A stretch of DNA of 20,000 nt from Catajapyx aquilonaris. Taxonomy: Eukaryota. The stretch's first letter is position 1; every line of letters starts with the position of its first letter. This document shows positions 10,248 to 20,000 of the stretch, piece by piece. Under the pieces are notes generated by a model, which saw only the letters and a program-made list of their open reading frames with translations, searched no databases and had not been told where the DNA came from. The translations under genes and the position numbers were made by a program. The DNA lies in contig JYFJ02001670.1 in NCBI GenBank assembly GCA_000934665.2, positions 53,350-73,349 on the forward strand, in the 5' to 3' direction.

Positions 10248-10350
10248 GCTACAGTTTAGAGAAGTGATAATACACTGATTCTGATTTTTCTAATCCCCCT
10301 TTCCCCCCATTCTGTCCAGGCTTAATTATGATATTTCTAAAGAGAGGACA

Positions 10351-10415
10351 ATAGCCTATAGTAGTTAAGCCACTGGCCAAAAGCCAAAGAGTCAGATGGG
10401 GGGTTCGATCCCCAG
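10351..10415 (+). mobile_element. Degenerate tRNA-like (Pol III A/B box) SINE head
   Basis: A-box-like TAGCCTATAGTAGTTAAG at ~10352 and B box GGTTCGATCCC at 10402-10412, at tRNA-like spacing. No cloverleaf. Confidence 0.4.
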
Positions 10416-10620
10416 ATCTTTTCACTCGGTCGGATTCTTTTCCTCTTTTCATTCGTCGTATTGTACTTGAACTATCTTGCCTGCCCAGAATTTAGAAAAT
10501 ATCTATTTCACCGATGAAACTCCCAATGAACGGAAAGGTCTTTGGGAGCTGTTGCTCACGTGTCAGTGAAGAGTATATTGAATTCACCAAAATAATATTA
10601 TCAAGATTTGCTATCGAGGG

Positions 10621-10634
10621 TATTATTATTATTA

Positions 10635-10672
<38 letters not shown>
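10621..10672 (+). repeat. (ATT)n microsatellite
   Basis: About 17 ATT units with one interruption. Confidence 0.95.
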
Positions 10673-10675
<3 letters not shown>

Positions 10676-13479
10676 GAGAAAATTTCAAAGTCTCATTACT
10701 TTTCAATAATAATTATTTAAAAAACAGGAAATACTATAGGGCGTCTTGCTATATATTGATCCGTTCATTCTCTAACTCTTGTAGCATAATTAAGCTATAT
10801 AAGTAGTAATTTGTGGCTTGTGTGCAACTGGTGACATTTTAGAGTTTATTCTCCCCCTTTATTACTGTCATTGTTGTGTTCTGGATATTATTAAGACGTG
10901 TGGCTCCAGCAATAGTTACTCGAATTAATATGCTGAATTTTACCAGAAAAGAGTGCAAGATAGGCCTACTATAGTATACGATATCATGTCACACAATCAA
11001 GGCGTATAGGTCTACAAACTAAATTCAATAGATGGCAGTTTAGTTCCGGGCCCAAAACACGCCAAAAAATGGGTGTTCACAAAACGGCAGTGCATCAACG
11101 GTGTAGAAGTTCATGAACATGTAGTCCACAACGGCATACAGTATATGACTAACGATAAATGTATTTACGGCATATAAATAATTTGTTCAGTGTGGTGATA
11201 TGATTCGTGCTCCATTCTTATTAGCTGTTGTACGTACCAGCCAAGTGTGCCGCCAATATTTGTATAATTTTTAAGCTTTGCAGTACGCTGATACAGTATT
11301 AACTTACGCAGAATCGTATGATATATTTTTTGCCTAGTTGTCCTCTATACATTTTTCATCAAACAAAATCCCATTATAGCCTATACTATAATGCCCCATT
11401 CAAGGCGATCGCTGCTCCTCCTCCTATCCATGGTGATCGTCCCTATTTATTTCTATGGAATCAAATATTCTATGGCGATCACCCCCCTGTTCAGAATATT
11501 CATTCTCCTGATAACCTTGAGAATTACCCACATAATATTATTTTTTCATGATAAAGTTGTTGGGTTCACACGGTACTTCCTTTTGCGTGCCCATTAGGTA
11601 AAAATAACTCATGCAAACTACCATTCAAGTGAAGAATATCGACTTTCTTGTACCAGGGTTTGACCTTTTTTGACCAACTTTAATCCAGCAGTGGATCATT
11701 TTGAACACTGCATTTCCTAGAGATGGACGTAAAACAAGCGTCCAATTTCTTCGAATAAGACTAATTCTATTATTTTGCTATCCTAATTATTACAAAAGAT
11801 ATGTATTAATCGTCTCTGTATCACTCTCTTCCTACGGTACTTCACACAATGCCATATAAACAAAGGGTGTTTCGGAAGTAATATTGTACTGTACAATATG
11901 TGTACGCTCGAATCTGATATTGCATCAGTGCATCATTATTGAATGTGAGATGTGAATACCCCCTGCTAGTACAGTGGGTACAAATTGTATCCAGTTGTCA
12001 TAATTATTATAAGGTGTCCTAAGCCTTGCTGCTGAGTATATAGGAGCAAGGTAGATGACAATTATTATTTGGCTTTGAGACAGCTCGTGTATGAGACATG
12101 CATTCGCATGGGAGACTACGTGCCGTGACTGGACGTTAGTTCATCGGGGAACCTTTCGCCCTATGAACACGGCATGTTCACTCGAGGGTTTTCAGTCGTG
12201 GAGCGTATTCGTCTGTGATTATTGTTTCGTAATGATTGGAAAATTAATGAAACTTAACAGTAATGGACTGAACCTAACATGAAGTTGGAGAAGAGCTTAT
12301 GGCGAATGTGCTTCACGGCTAGAAGCAATCATTTGGACAATGTCCACGGCGAAAAGTACTCCGACGAAATGACGCCTGGCAAAGTGGTATGGCTAGTTGC
12401 CTTCCAGCAATGTCTTACTCTCGGTTGCTTGTAACCCAAATAATCAATTCAGTTATCCAGTATCGGAATTTACGTGTAGCTCTGCATTGTCTCTGCACTG
12501 TCTCTTTTATTCTTACCATGCAGGGTGTTTCTGAATGCTTCTACGCCTCAGGCAGAAACTGAGATAAGTAACTGCTGGAGACGCAAGAGAAAAACAACGC
12601 TGGAATGTTTTAGAAACTCTTTCGTGTTAATGATTTGATAGAGACTCCTTTGGAGACGATGCAGCAAGAAAGTAAATTCTAATTATGCCCGAAGTAAACA
12701 CGTGCAAAAAAAAGTCGTCATTATTTGATTTGTTTTTGAGAATAGGAATTGGGTGTTTATGGTAGTTGAATGGGTGGGATTTCCTGCCCCCCTCAAATTC
12801 ATCAGGTGTATTGTTGCTGCTGGATGGGCGAAGGCCGCTCTGAAAGTAGTCTAGTTTACTCTCAACTTATTTGTAGTGTGTATCATTAATCCAACTACAC
12901 TGTAGGAGTGTAGGCTGCTACTAATTTGGAACTTTGTCGGAATCTGCCAACAGAAGTAATCCTGGTGGATTAAAGTACCCTTTGTCTGTATCATGTCTAG
13001 TTTACGAGAAAAATGCATATTAAACGTGTCCGAAATTGACGGGAAAGGGGTTGTTTTTCTCAAAACAAAATAATGACGTTATGGTAGCATCAATTTCTTT
13101 TTTGCTATTTCCATATCACATGTATACCCAAATCACTTAGAGAATATATAGTCATTATGATGTACAGTATATATTGTTACAAATGGTGCGTAAATATAAC
13201 GAATAAAGAAAACAATTATTATTGTACTGCAACTGATTGGAAACTGTAACGAATGTAATAACGCACGTAACATGTGCTCATGGATTGATGTTTTATAATA
13301 AAGATCCCAGAACCGTACTTTCACGACGCGTCGGATGAAATACATTGCACAGTGGCCTATATGATACATAGACCTACAGTGCAAATGGCCTGCAGCACTG
13401 ATGGGGATTCCTAGATGCACATGAACTGGCATGAACCTTGAGTTTCATACCCGTTGTAGTGCCCATTTTTATAATGATA

Positions 13480-13866
13480 CTAGCTGCGGAACCCGGCGCG
13501 GAGTTGCCCAGGAGGAAATGAATGAAGGGAAAACACCTGCCAGTAGCCCGGTCAAAATTTTCACGCACAGAGAGCTGCCATGACAGTTTTCCCAGACGTT
13601 TTGGACTTGGCAAAAAGTGGACTTTTGCACGTGCCACCTTGTCCATCTGCTCCTGATTAAGCCGCCGGAGGACAATAGCTACTCTCCGGCGCTCCCTCCT
13701 CCCACCTGCTCAAAATCTAGATCTACTCTAATCCCACCTCAGCTGCAACCCCTCCCGTCCTTCCCACCCGGACCGCAGATGGCAGGCAAATTACGGTTGG
13801 CAGGCGGACCGACAGACATACAGACAGAAAGACAGACAGACTCACAAACGGCTTTATTTATATAGA
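13480..13866 (-). mobile_element. Non-autonomous Helitron, 387 bp
   Basis: The minus strand starts TCTATATAAATAAA (13866) followed by a (TGTC)n tract. It ends with an imperfect GC-rich hairpin (CCTGGGCAACTCCGCGCCGGG) a few nt before CTAG (13480). It lies between host A and T with no TSD, matching the Helitron signature. Confidence 0.88.
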
Positions 13867-14000
13867 TGGTGCGTTTTGTAGACTACTAGAAAACGAATCA
13901 AACTAGGAGTATTGGGAGGTTCCACCGGCAGTTTTTAATGACAACGCCCGCGCCCATACATAACATTGGGCTATTTTGCTTGATTCCTGCCATAGCTATT

Positions 14001-14300
14001 CCGTGGATGTGCTGGATCTGGCCTGTGCTCGCATGCGCGACGAATTGTCTGGACGGCCCGAACCTGCGTCTGGCGGGGAATGCTGATGCCATAGGTCCAA
14101 GTCCAGGTTCTTGGCCCTAGCATCTTCTCCTTCGGGTCTTGATGCACCTTCAGCTTCCTCAATTCATGGCAGCACTTTGAGTAGTCAATGACACGCCTTC
14201 TGGAAAGTGAGGCACATCACTTAGGATGGATATATAGAACCTTAGAGCCATGCCTTCTAAGGAAATCTGCAGAAAACTTACCTGCGCAATGGGGGATTCA
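14001..14300 (-). pseudogene. Duplicated 3' end of the LRR gene (paralog fragment)
   Basis: 14096-14275 aligns with 14517-14720: shared tccaagtccaggttcttggcc, tgcaccttcagcttcctca, gccttctg.aaagt.aggcacat, cacttaggat and atgccttcta.ggaa. Encodes LRKLKV and ARAKNLDLDL in different frames. Contains an intron GTAAGT...CTTTCCAG at 14281-14200. Confidence 0.8.
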
Positions 14301-14503
14301 GGGCACGTTTCCCAGCTTCTCTTGGCGAACCTTGTGTTTCATGCCAGGTCTAGTCCTACTATCTATTTTTAATTGTTGCAAACTACTGCTCGAAAACGAA
14401 ACAAGCCTATTGGCACTAAAGAATTAAAGCAGGCGGGTCAGCTTATTTCAGTAACGACGCCCAGAAAAAACAATAATTACACTTCCTTTCTACGAAGACG
14501 CTA

Positions 14504-16308
14504 CTATGTGGATATGTCCAAGTCCAGGTTCTTGGCCTTGACGAGTAATTTCAGATTCTCCTTGAGAATCGGATGTTGCACCTTCAGCTTCCTCAGTGCC
14601 GGGCAACACTTTATTAGGTAGTCCAGATTTTCAGGTGCCACTCGTGCCTTCTGAAAAGTAAGGCACATTCACTTAGGATTTTATAGACTTTTAGAGCAAT
14701 GCCTTCTAGGGAATCTGTAGACCTCTCCGAAGCTGGCTTCTTTCAGATTCGGGAGTGGATTCTTCTTGAAAATCTTCTTCAGGACATCGCCTATGGGGAC
14801 AATGAGACAGCGACGATCATCGCGAAAGGCCAATGGTGATGATCGATGAAGAGGGATTCCAGTTCCGTTGCGTCGTCCAGGAGTAAACTGTGCAAGATGT
14901 CGTGTCCCCAGCAGCTACAAGTATGGAAGTGACAGTTTCATAAATTCAGAGTGGAATTATCTTCCAAAAATGTAGCCTGCCAGTTGCCGTGCATGCCCAG
15001 GAGCTTCGGGTACTGGAAGTGCTTTCTAGAAGTGTCGTAGGCCAATGCAGCGCTATTTAAATCTCGTGTAATAATCCCTTTCAAGTTGAGGGTCTGTATC
15101 TGCGGGCAGTGCTTGGCCACTCTCAGCAAGAAGTTGGAGAATTCTTTCCAATCCCATAAGAATGTTTGGGACGTGTAGACTGACAGGGACCTCAGGTATT
15201 TCCCTGAGGCGTATGAGTCAATGATGTATGATTGTATGCAGTCTTTAAAAAAGCTGCAACAAAAAAATATTTGAATACAATATCGACGCGAGTACATACC
15301 TTTGGCGACGAAAAAATATTCCCAGTGGTTACTGAATATGGACATGTTGATAAGCTGAAAAGAGTAGAGTCGAATCTGACTCTCTGCCAGTCGCGTTATC
15401 ACCCTTTTTCCATCAACTGACATCTGAAAGGAGAGATTATTTACAAGCACATTCTTTTGTACCAATCACAACTTACTATGACTTCCTCTGAGTACACGCT
15501 TCGCCGTACCCTTTCGCTCGACATAGTCAAGTTGATCGAGTGGACACAGTCTCTTCACAATCTCGATGGTCTCAACCGTGGGGACGAACATATCCACCAT
15601 TCTTAATTTTATTTTGTGCATATATCTCATCTTTCGATAGTATTCGTTCATGAGCGAGGGCAAGTCGTAGTTCCGAATATACTCCACTGGTGTCCTCCTC
15701 AAAATGTCTAGGACGACAGACTTATCCTGCCTCGTTGAATTCTTCAAACATTTGCACTTCCATCTTGGGCACAGGCAGTTGGGCAAGTTTAAGAAGCGAA
15801 GACGGGGCAACTTGACCAGCTGAGAGAAAGAACATGGTGAAATAGACTTTAAATTACGATTAACAGGATGGATACCTGATGGACACCTCGCCAGGTGACG
15901 GCCAACTCGCTGGTATTGGGGAGGCATGGTGATCTATCGGTTACGCCGCTGGCCAACCATGCGGGAGGCCGGGGTTCAAATCCCGTCCCCGTCACCTCTG
16001 CTTGGCCGGGTCTTTTTCCGCTTTTCACCCGACATGCCGGAGCAGAATTGCACTCCCTTCTCTGCTCGGGGCCAGGAGAAAAGGTCTGGTGTTTAAGATA
16101 TAACAGAGGCCGTTACTTTGCCGCTTTTAAGGTTGATAAAGTTGCGACTCACTTCTGCATAGGCAAGTGATATCTCAGCATGAAGGTAATAAATTCTGTC
16201 ATGAGCAGCAAAATAGGTCTTGTAGGTTGAATTCTGCAGGTTGAAGGCTGCTTCGTTCAACGATCTGTTGACCATCTTTGCGGAAGTTGTGTAGAGGGTG
16301 TCCGGCTT
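14504..16308 (-). pseudogene. RNI-like / F-box-type leucine-rich-repeat gene with short introns, apparently disabled
   Basis: LRR-type segments in order: KPDTLYTTSAKMVNRSL, VSRNFINLKS, VTWRGVHQ|LVKLPRLRFLNLPNC, IVKRLCP, GKYLRSLSV, LLRVAKHCPQIQTLNLKG, LLLDDATELESLFID, DVLKKIFKKNPLPNLKE, LIKCCPALRKLKV, KAKNLDLDIST* (TAG 14506-14504). Intron-like segments at 15875-15820, 15476-15424, 15299-15243/15254 and 14722-14651. At least two frameshifts are needed, and a SINE is inserted at ~15921-16100. Confidence 0.75.
15921..16100 (+). mobile_element. tRNA-Gly-like SINE (family B)
   Basis: gcatggtgatctatcggtt...gccaaccatgcgggaggccggggttcaaatccc resembles eukaryotic tRNA-Gly. A box at 15930-15940, B box at 15973-15984. 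The acceptor stem does not pair well. 3' body has a GAGCAGA/TCTGCTC hairpin (16040-16067). 3' boundary approximate. Confidence 0.7.
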
Positions 16309-16633
16309 TCAGAGAACGAAAGAGCAAGCTCAACAATGTAATGTGATTGCATTGTTGTTGTAAATGTAGGCCTAATAGAGTTGGCAGTACTGTCGATCTT
16401 TTTAAACAAATGCGCTGTCTCTTTACATTTCGCCATTATGAGTTTGGAAATTTTTTAAAGTGGCGGTTTACAAATTGCGTTTTTTGGGTGCCTCCCTTCG
16501 TTATGGGAAATCGACTATAATACTAATTAAAATTTTAATTCAAACCATCTTCGCTATGCGTCACCGCAGGCGCAAATCGGCTGGGTCCAGAAGAAGGGGA
16601 AAGCCTGTAGCCTACAAAATAATCAGAAATGTC

Positions 16634-16686
<53 letters not shown>
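16634..16686 (+). repeat. (AAT)n microsatellite
   Basis: About 17 perfect AAT units; source of the poly-N ORF. Confidence 0.95.
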
Positions 16687-16688
<2 letters not shown>

Positions 16689-17765
16689 TAAATATTATAT
16701 TCTCAACTAACGAAGCAAAGTGAAAACAGAAATAGGCCATACGTGCTACTAATTCTAAACACTAATTTACCATCACTTAGGTCATTAGATGCTGCGTGAT
16801 ATTAAACAGGTAAGCTGAATACCGCCATTCATCTTGCAGTTTTAATGCTACACTGTTAAGAAACATTAAGTATATCACGTTCGTGTAAAACTTCTACGCC
16901 TCTCTCTTTTTTTCTCATGATGAACTCAATCGTTAAACATTAGTCCCTGTAAGAATGTCTATAGGATTCGTGCGGCTAGAAAATTAATGGTCACGCACTC
17001 GCGAGACCACAATCGCCGCAGTGCGGGAAATACAGTGTCCCCACAGAGAGTTGACTAAAAGTGAAATGTGCTTGTTGGAAAAATTTGTAATAATTTATTA
17101 GTGTCAAGTGTAGCCTACTTAACCATTACTTTATATCCATTTTATTACATGCACAGTTTCCTGCATTGTCTTTTTGTCTATGATATTGCTTTGAGTTCTA
17201 GTCAAAATTCGGAGCCATGCTACGACATTTATGAGCTGCCTTGCAAAAATCTTATTCCCATTCAGACACGCAGTTATCTCCAACCTTAAGCAATAGAGTA
17301 GGCCTATCGATACTTTTCTGTCGAGCATCCCCGAGACTTGTCCACCCCTGTCGGGAATAGTCTATATTGATTTATGAATAATTGTTATGTTGCTTTAATT
17401 AATTGATTATGTATTCAGAAATTTGACTAACGATTTTGACGATGTGGCAAACTAGACCTGTGAATATGCAGAGCAGAATCTCCCCATATCGACTGGGTTA
17501 ACACAAGTGACATAAGTTCGATGCCATACATTCCTTCATGTGAGTGGCACATAAACAACATGAAAACAATTTTAACATCGGAATAAATTACACAAATACA
17601 GTAGTAAAGCATGGTCAAAGTGTTTTAAGAATGCCAATAGAATGTGCACTGTCAGAACTATCCTGACCTCTCCACGTAAGTTGCACATGTTTTACGCAAC
17701 AAGGAAAGGTAAAGGACAACCTGAGGCCCATAATGTCCAAATCTGAACAAATCAATTTATTCATT

Positions 17766-18017
17766 TGAAGAGCACAGGGGAAAAACGGGGAATGTCACAC
17801 AAAAAATGTCCATGAAAAATCGAAGAAATAGCTTTATTTCTTCACGTGTCTAAAGAATAATAGGGATATCTTCACGTCATTATAATTATGCAACTGTCAC
17901 CCTTGTACCCATGGAAAGCCTCCAGGTATAAGTGTCACCTATGCTACTATTGTACTGTGCACTTGGCAGGAACCCCAACGGAATTGGACATTCCCCGTTT
18001 TTGCCCTGTGCTCTTCA
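17766..18017. mobile_element. MITE of ~250 bp with 31-bp terminal inverted repeats
   Basis: TGAAGAGCACAGGGGAAAAACGGGGAATGTC (17766-17796) matches the reverse complement of 17987-18017 at 30/31 positions. Confidence 0.85.
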
Positions 18018-18400
18018 TTTTATGAGTGAATGTTTGAAATGGGTTCCTCACCACAGGCCACCATTAATCTTGATTAATCTACCTGAATTTGTGAAAACGA
18101 AAACACCGTGTTTCTGCGGATACACAGCAAAATTCAGACCCAGCTTTACAATGACAGTGTCATTTAACGTAATTGAGCTTTATACACCAGTGAAAAAGGT
18201 TATTTTCATTACGACTCTATAGAGGGCATGTCTGACTTGCTTTTATAAGGATCCCAGTAACTTTTACCAAGTTATCAGAAGGCTCTCTCTTCCTCTCTAT
18301 CTAACAAGGACTATGTAGGCCAGTCATTTTAGGTGATAAATTCAAACAAATTATTACAGTACAAAAGTAAGGGTTTTTCGACTTAGAAAACCATGGCAAA

Positions 18401-18657
18401 CAACATATCAAAAGTCGGCAAAAATCTAAGCACCGGAAAGCCGCCATATTGGAGGCCATCTTGGATTGACTGAGACATCAGTAAAATGCACATAACTGAC
18501 GCTATGTGGCGCCGATTACCTTCCAGTAGGCCTACGGTTTTTTGGACTCAGATAACTTTCGCGAGCAACATATCAAAAGTCTCGGAAAATCGAAGCATGG
18601 AAAATCCGCCATCTTGGTCGCCATCTTGGATTGACTGTGAAATCAGTAAAATAACTG
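18401..18657 (+). repeat. Diverged direct repeat, 165-bp offset, with paired GCCATNTTGG motifs
   Basis: caacatatcaaaagtc...ccgccat(a/c)ttgg..gccatcttggattgactg.ga.atcagtaaaat at 18401-18498 and 18566-18657. Confidence 0.85.
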
Positions 18658-18726
18658 CCTCTGAATAGATCCGATTTCCTTCCAACATGTATCAAATGGC
18701 AGTTATTTGAACCAGGAATGTAAATA

Positions 18727-19206
18727 CAGTGAAACATGTCCATAATGGACCCTGGGTTTAACGGAAACCTATCAATAATACCGGTATATTGCGGAATTTT
18801 TCTGGGAACGGGCTGATATGCATAGGACATGCAATGTATTTTTGACGGATGTAACGAAACCTGCCAAACGCGGAAACGAGACGGATATTTTGTCTTCCTA
18901 CATAGAAAATCCCTGCTCATAACGGAAATCATCTCATGCCAGTCAGTGTTACGAAAATAGACGCTCCAGCCAGGCACACTCTTTTGAGCCATCCAGGCCT
19001 CTAAGTCAGCCTTTTGTGGACTTTCCGACACCATGTGCTCATAATAATTATGCTAGTTGGTCTGCCTCCCCTTGTTCCTCTCTCTCTCTAACAGGCAAAA
19101 TTTCTGTACATATTTCGCAAAAAAATAGTAAAATACGGTGCCGAACATAACGGAAATGGGTCAATTACGGAAAATTTTTGGGGTCCCATGCGATTCCTCC
19201 ATGCTG
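18727..19206. mobile_element. Degenerate Tc1/mariner-pogo-type MITE
   Basis: TA|CAGTGAAACATGTCCATAATGGACCC start, repeated internal ACGGAAA-like motifs, and GGGTCCC near a ...CTG|TA end. The right TIR is poorly conserved. Confidence 0.45.
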
Positions 19207-19279
19207 TATGTTTTCTGGAAAGAGGGTGGTTTTGGAAGGGCCGGGGGGAGGGGGGGGTCGCACATTTATGGAAACATGT

Positions 19280-19317
19280 TTAGGGGGTCGCTGTTGGTAA
19301 AAGGTTGGAAACCACTG
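19280..19317. mobile_element. hAT-type MITE terminus fragment
   Basis: GGGGTCGC...AAAAGGTTGGAAACCACTG resembles the end of hAT/Charlie-type non-autonomous elements. The matching other end was not found. Confidence 0.4.
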
Positions 19318-19559
19318 GACTAAACAATGCAAATATATATACGAGACAGATGAGCACGATTGTCACTCGATGTGTGCTCATTGGTACCACTTTCCTTGGC
19401 AACTATGTGGTAAACACGCGGTTATGATACAAACCGGTTCTGATCGATAAGCGCAAACCCAGCCTCAAAATTTGAGTTCCATATTGGACACATAATGTGG
19501 GCTCGAGTGAAAACAGTCGTAAGTGTTGTGCTATTCTTATACTGTATATGTTCATTGTA

Positions 19560-19838
19560 CCGAAGCAGTTTGGAGGAGGGGATATGGTGTCCGACTGCTA
19601 ATCGGGAGGTCCTGGGATCAAATCCCGGGGCCGGCAACTCTGAGCGTGGTTTTCTGTGGTTAGCCCACGGTCCTTCCAGGAAAATTATTCCAGAGTTGCT
19701 TCCGAAATTAATAGGCCACAGCCGCTTCCTTCCGTCCCTATCCTATCCCAAAGAGCACAGTGAAATAAAAAGCAAAAAGTTCCAGGCAAAACAATAAACT
19801 TCTCCCCTAAAGAGCCGATGGCTGATAACGGGGTATGA

Positions 19839-19901
<63 letters not shown>
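19560..19901 (+). mobile_element. tRNA-derived SINE, family A, copy 2, with (TTA)n tail
   Basis: Colinear with 1538-1880 along its whole length: ccgaagcagt, ccgactgctaatcgggaggtcctggg, cgtggttttctgtggtt, taataggccacagccgc, cccctaaagagccg..ggctgataacggggtatgaa(tta)n. B box mutated to GGATCAAATCCC. Confidence 0.93.
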
Positions 19902-20000
19902 TGTTGGGTTCCATGGTTACGCCTGGGACCTGCTGCGAGTGCCTGACCTTCATTCCAGTTATTTTCCTTTTTGGTCGAGAAGAGATGATCGGGAGAACCG

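Noticed and set aside
12140..12215. NLSPYEHGM resembling a Tc1 transposase N-terminus
   Set aside because: Too short, with no continuation into an HTH/DDE domain and no TIRs.
14938..15927. Two long same-frame ORFs separated by one TGA (15468-15466), suggesting stop readthrough
   Set aside because: The TGA lies inside a canonical-looking 53-nt intron (GTAAGT...TTTCAG).
1..20000. CRISPR array, operon or other prokaryotic/viral system
   Set aside because: There is no regularly spaced repeat-spacer array, coding density is low, and spliceosomal introns and SINEs indicate eukaryotic nuclear DNA.

Overview
Eukaryotic genomic DNA, most likely an arthropod (inferred from the tRNA-SINE, Helitron and MITE types and the short GT-AG introns). 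One apparently intact + strand gene can be assembled by hand from four coding exons (3727-3775, 4036-4230, 8115-8202, 9064-9229). It encodes a 165-aa acidic protein with two tandem C-x2-C-x12-H-x5-H zinc fingers, a GYxxL motif and a C-terminal [DE]xxxLL motif. A promoter-like segment with a perfect GTCACGTGAC palindrome lies upstream. On the - strand are decaying copies of an RNI-like/F-box-type leucine-rich-repeat gene: a near full-length intron-containing pseudogene at ~14.5-16.3 kb, a duplicated 3' end at ~14.0-14.3 kb, and a tentative older copy in the zinc-finger gene's long intron. The rest is transposon debris: two copies of a tRNA-derived SINE with (TTA)n tails (one nested in a long-TIR MITE with a 7-bp TSD), a tRNA-Gly-like SINE, a 387-bp non-autonomous Helitron, several MITEs, a hAT transposase remnant and microsatellites. 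Most entries in the ORF track are spurious. No prokaryotic-type system (CRISPR, operon) is present. All calls are by eye; no searches were run.
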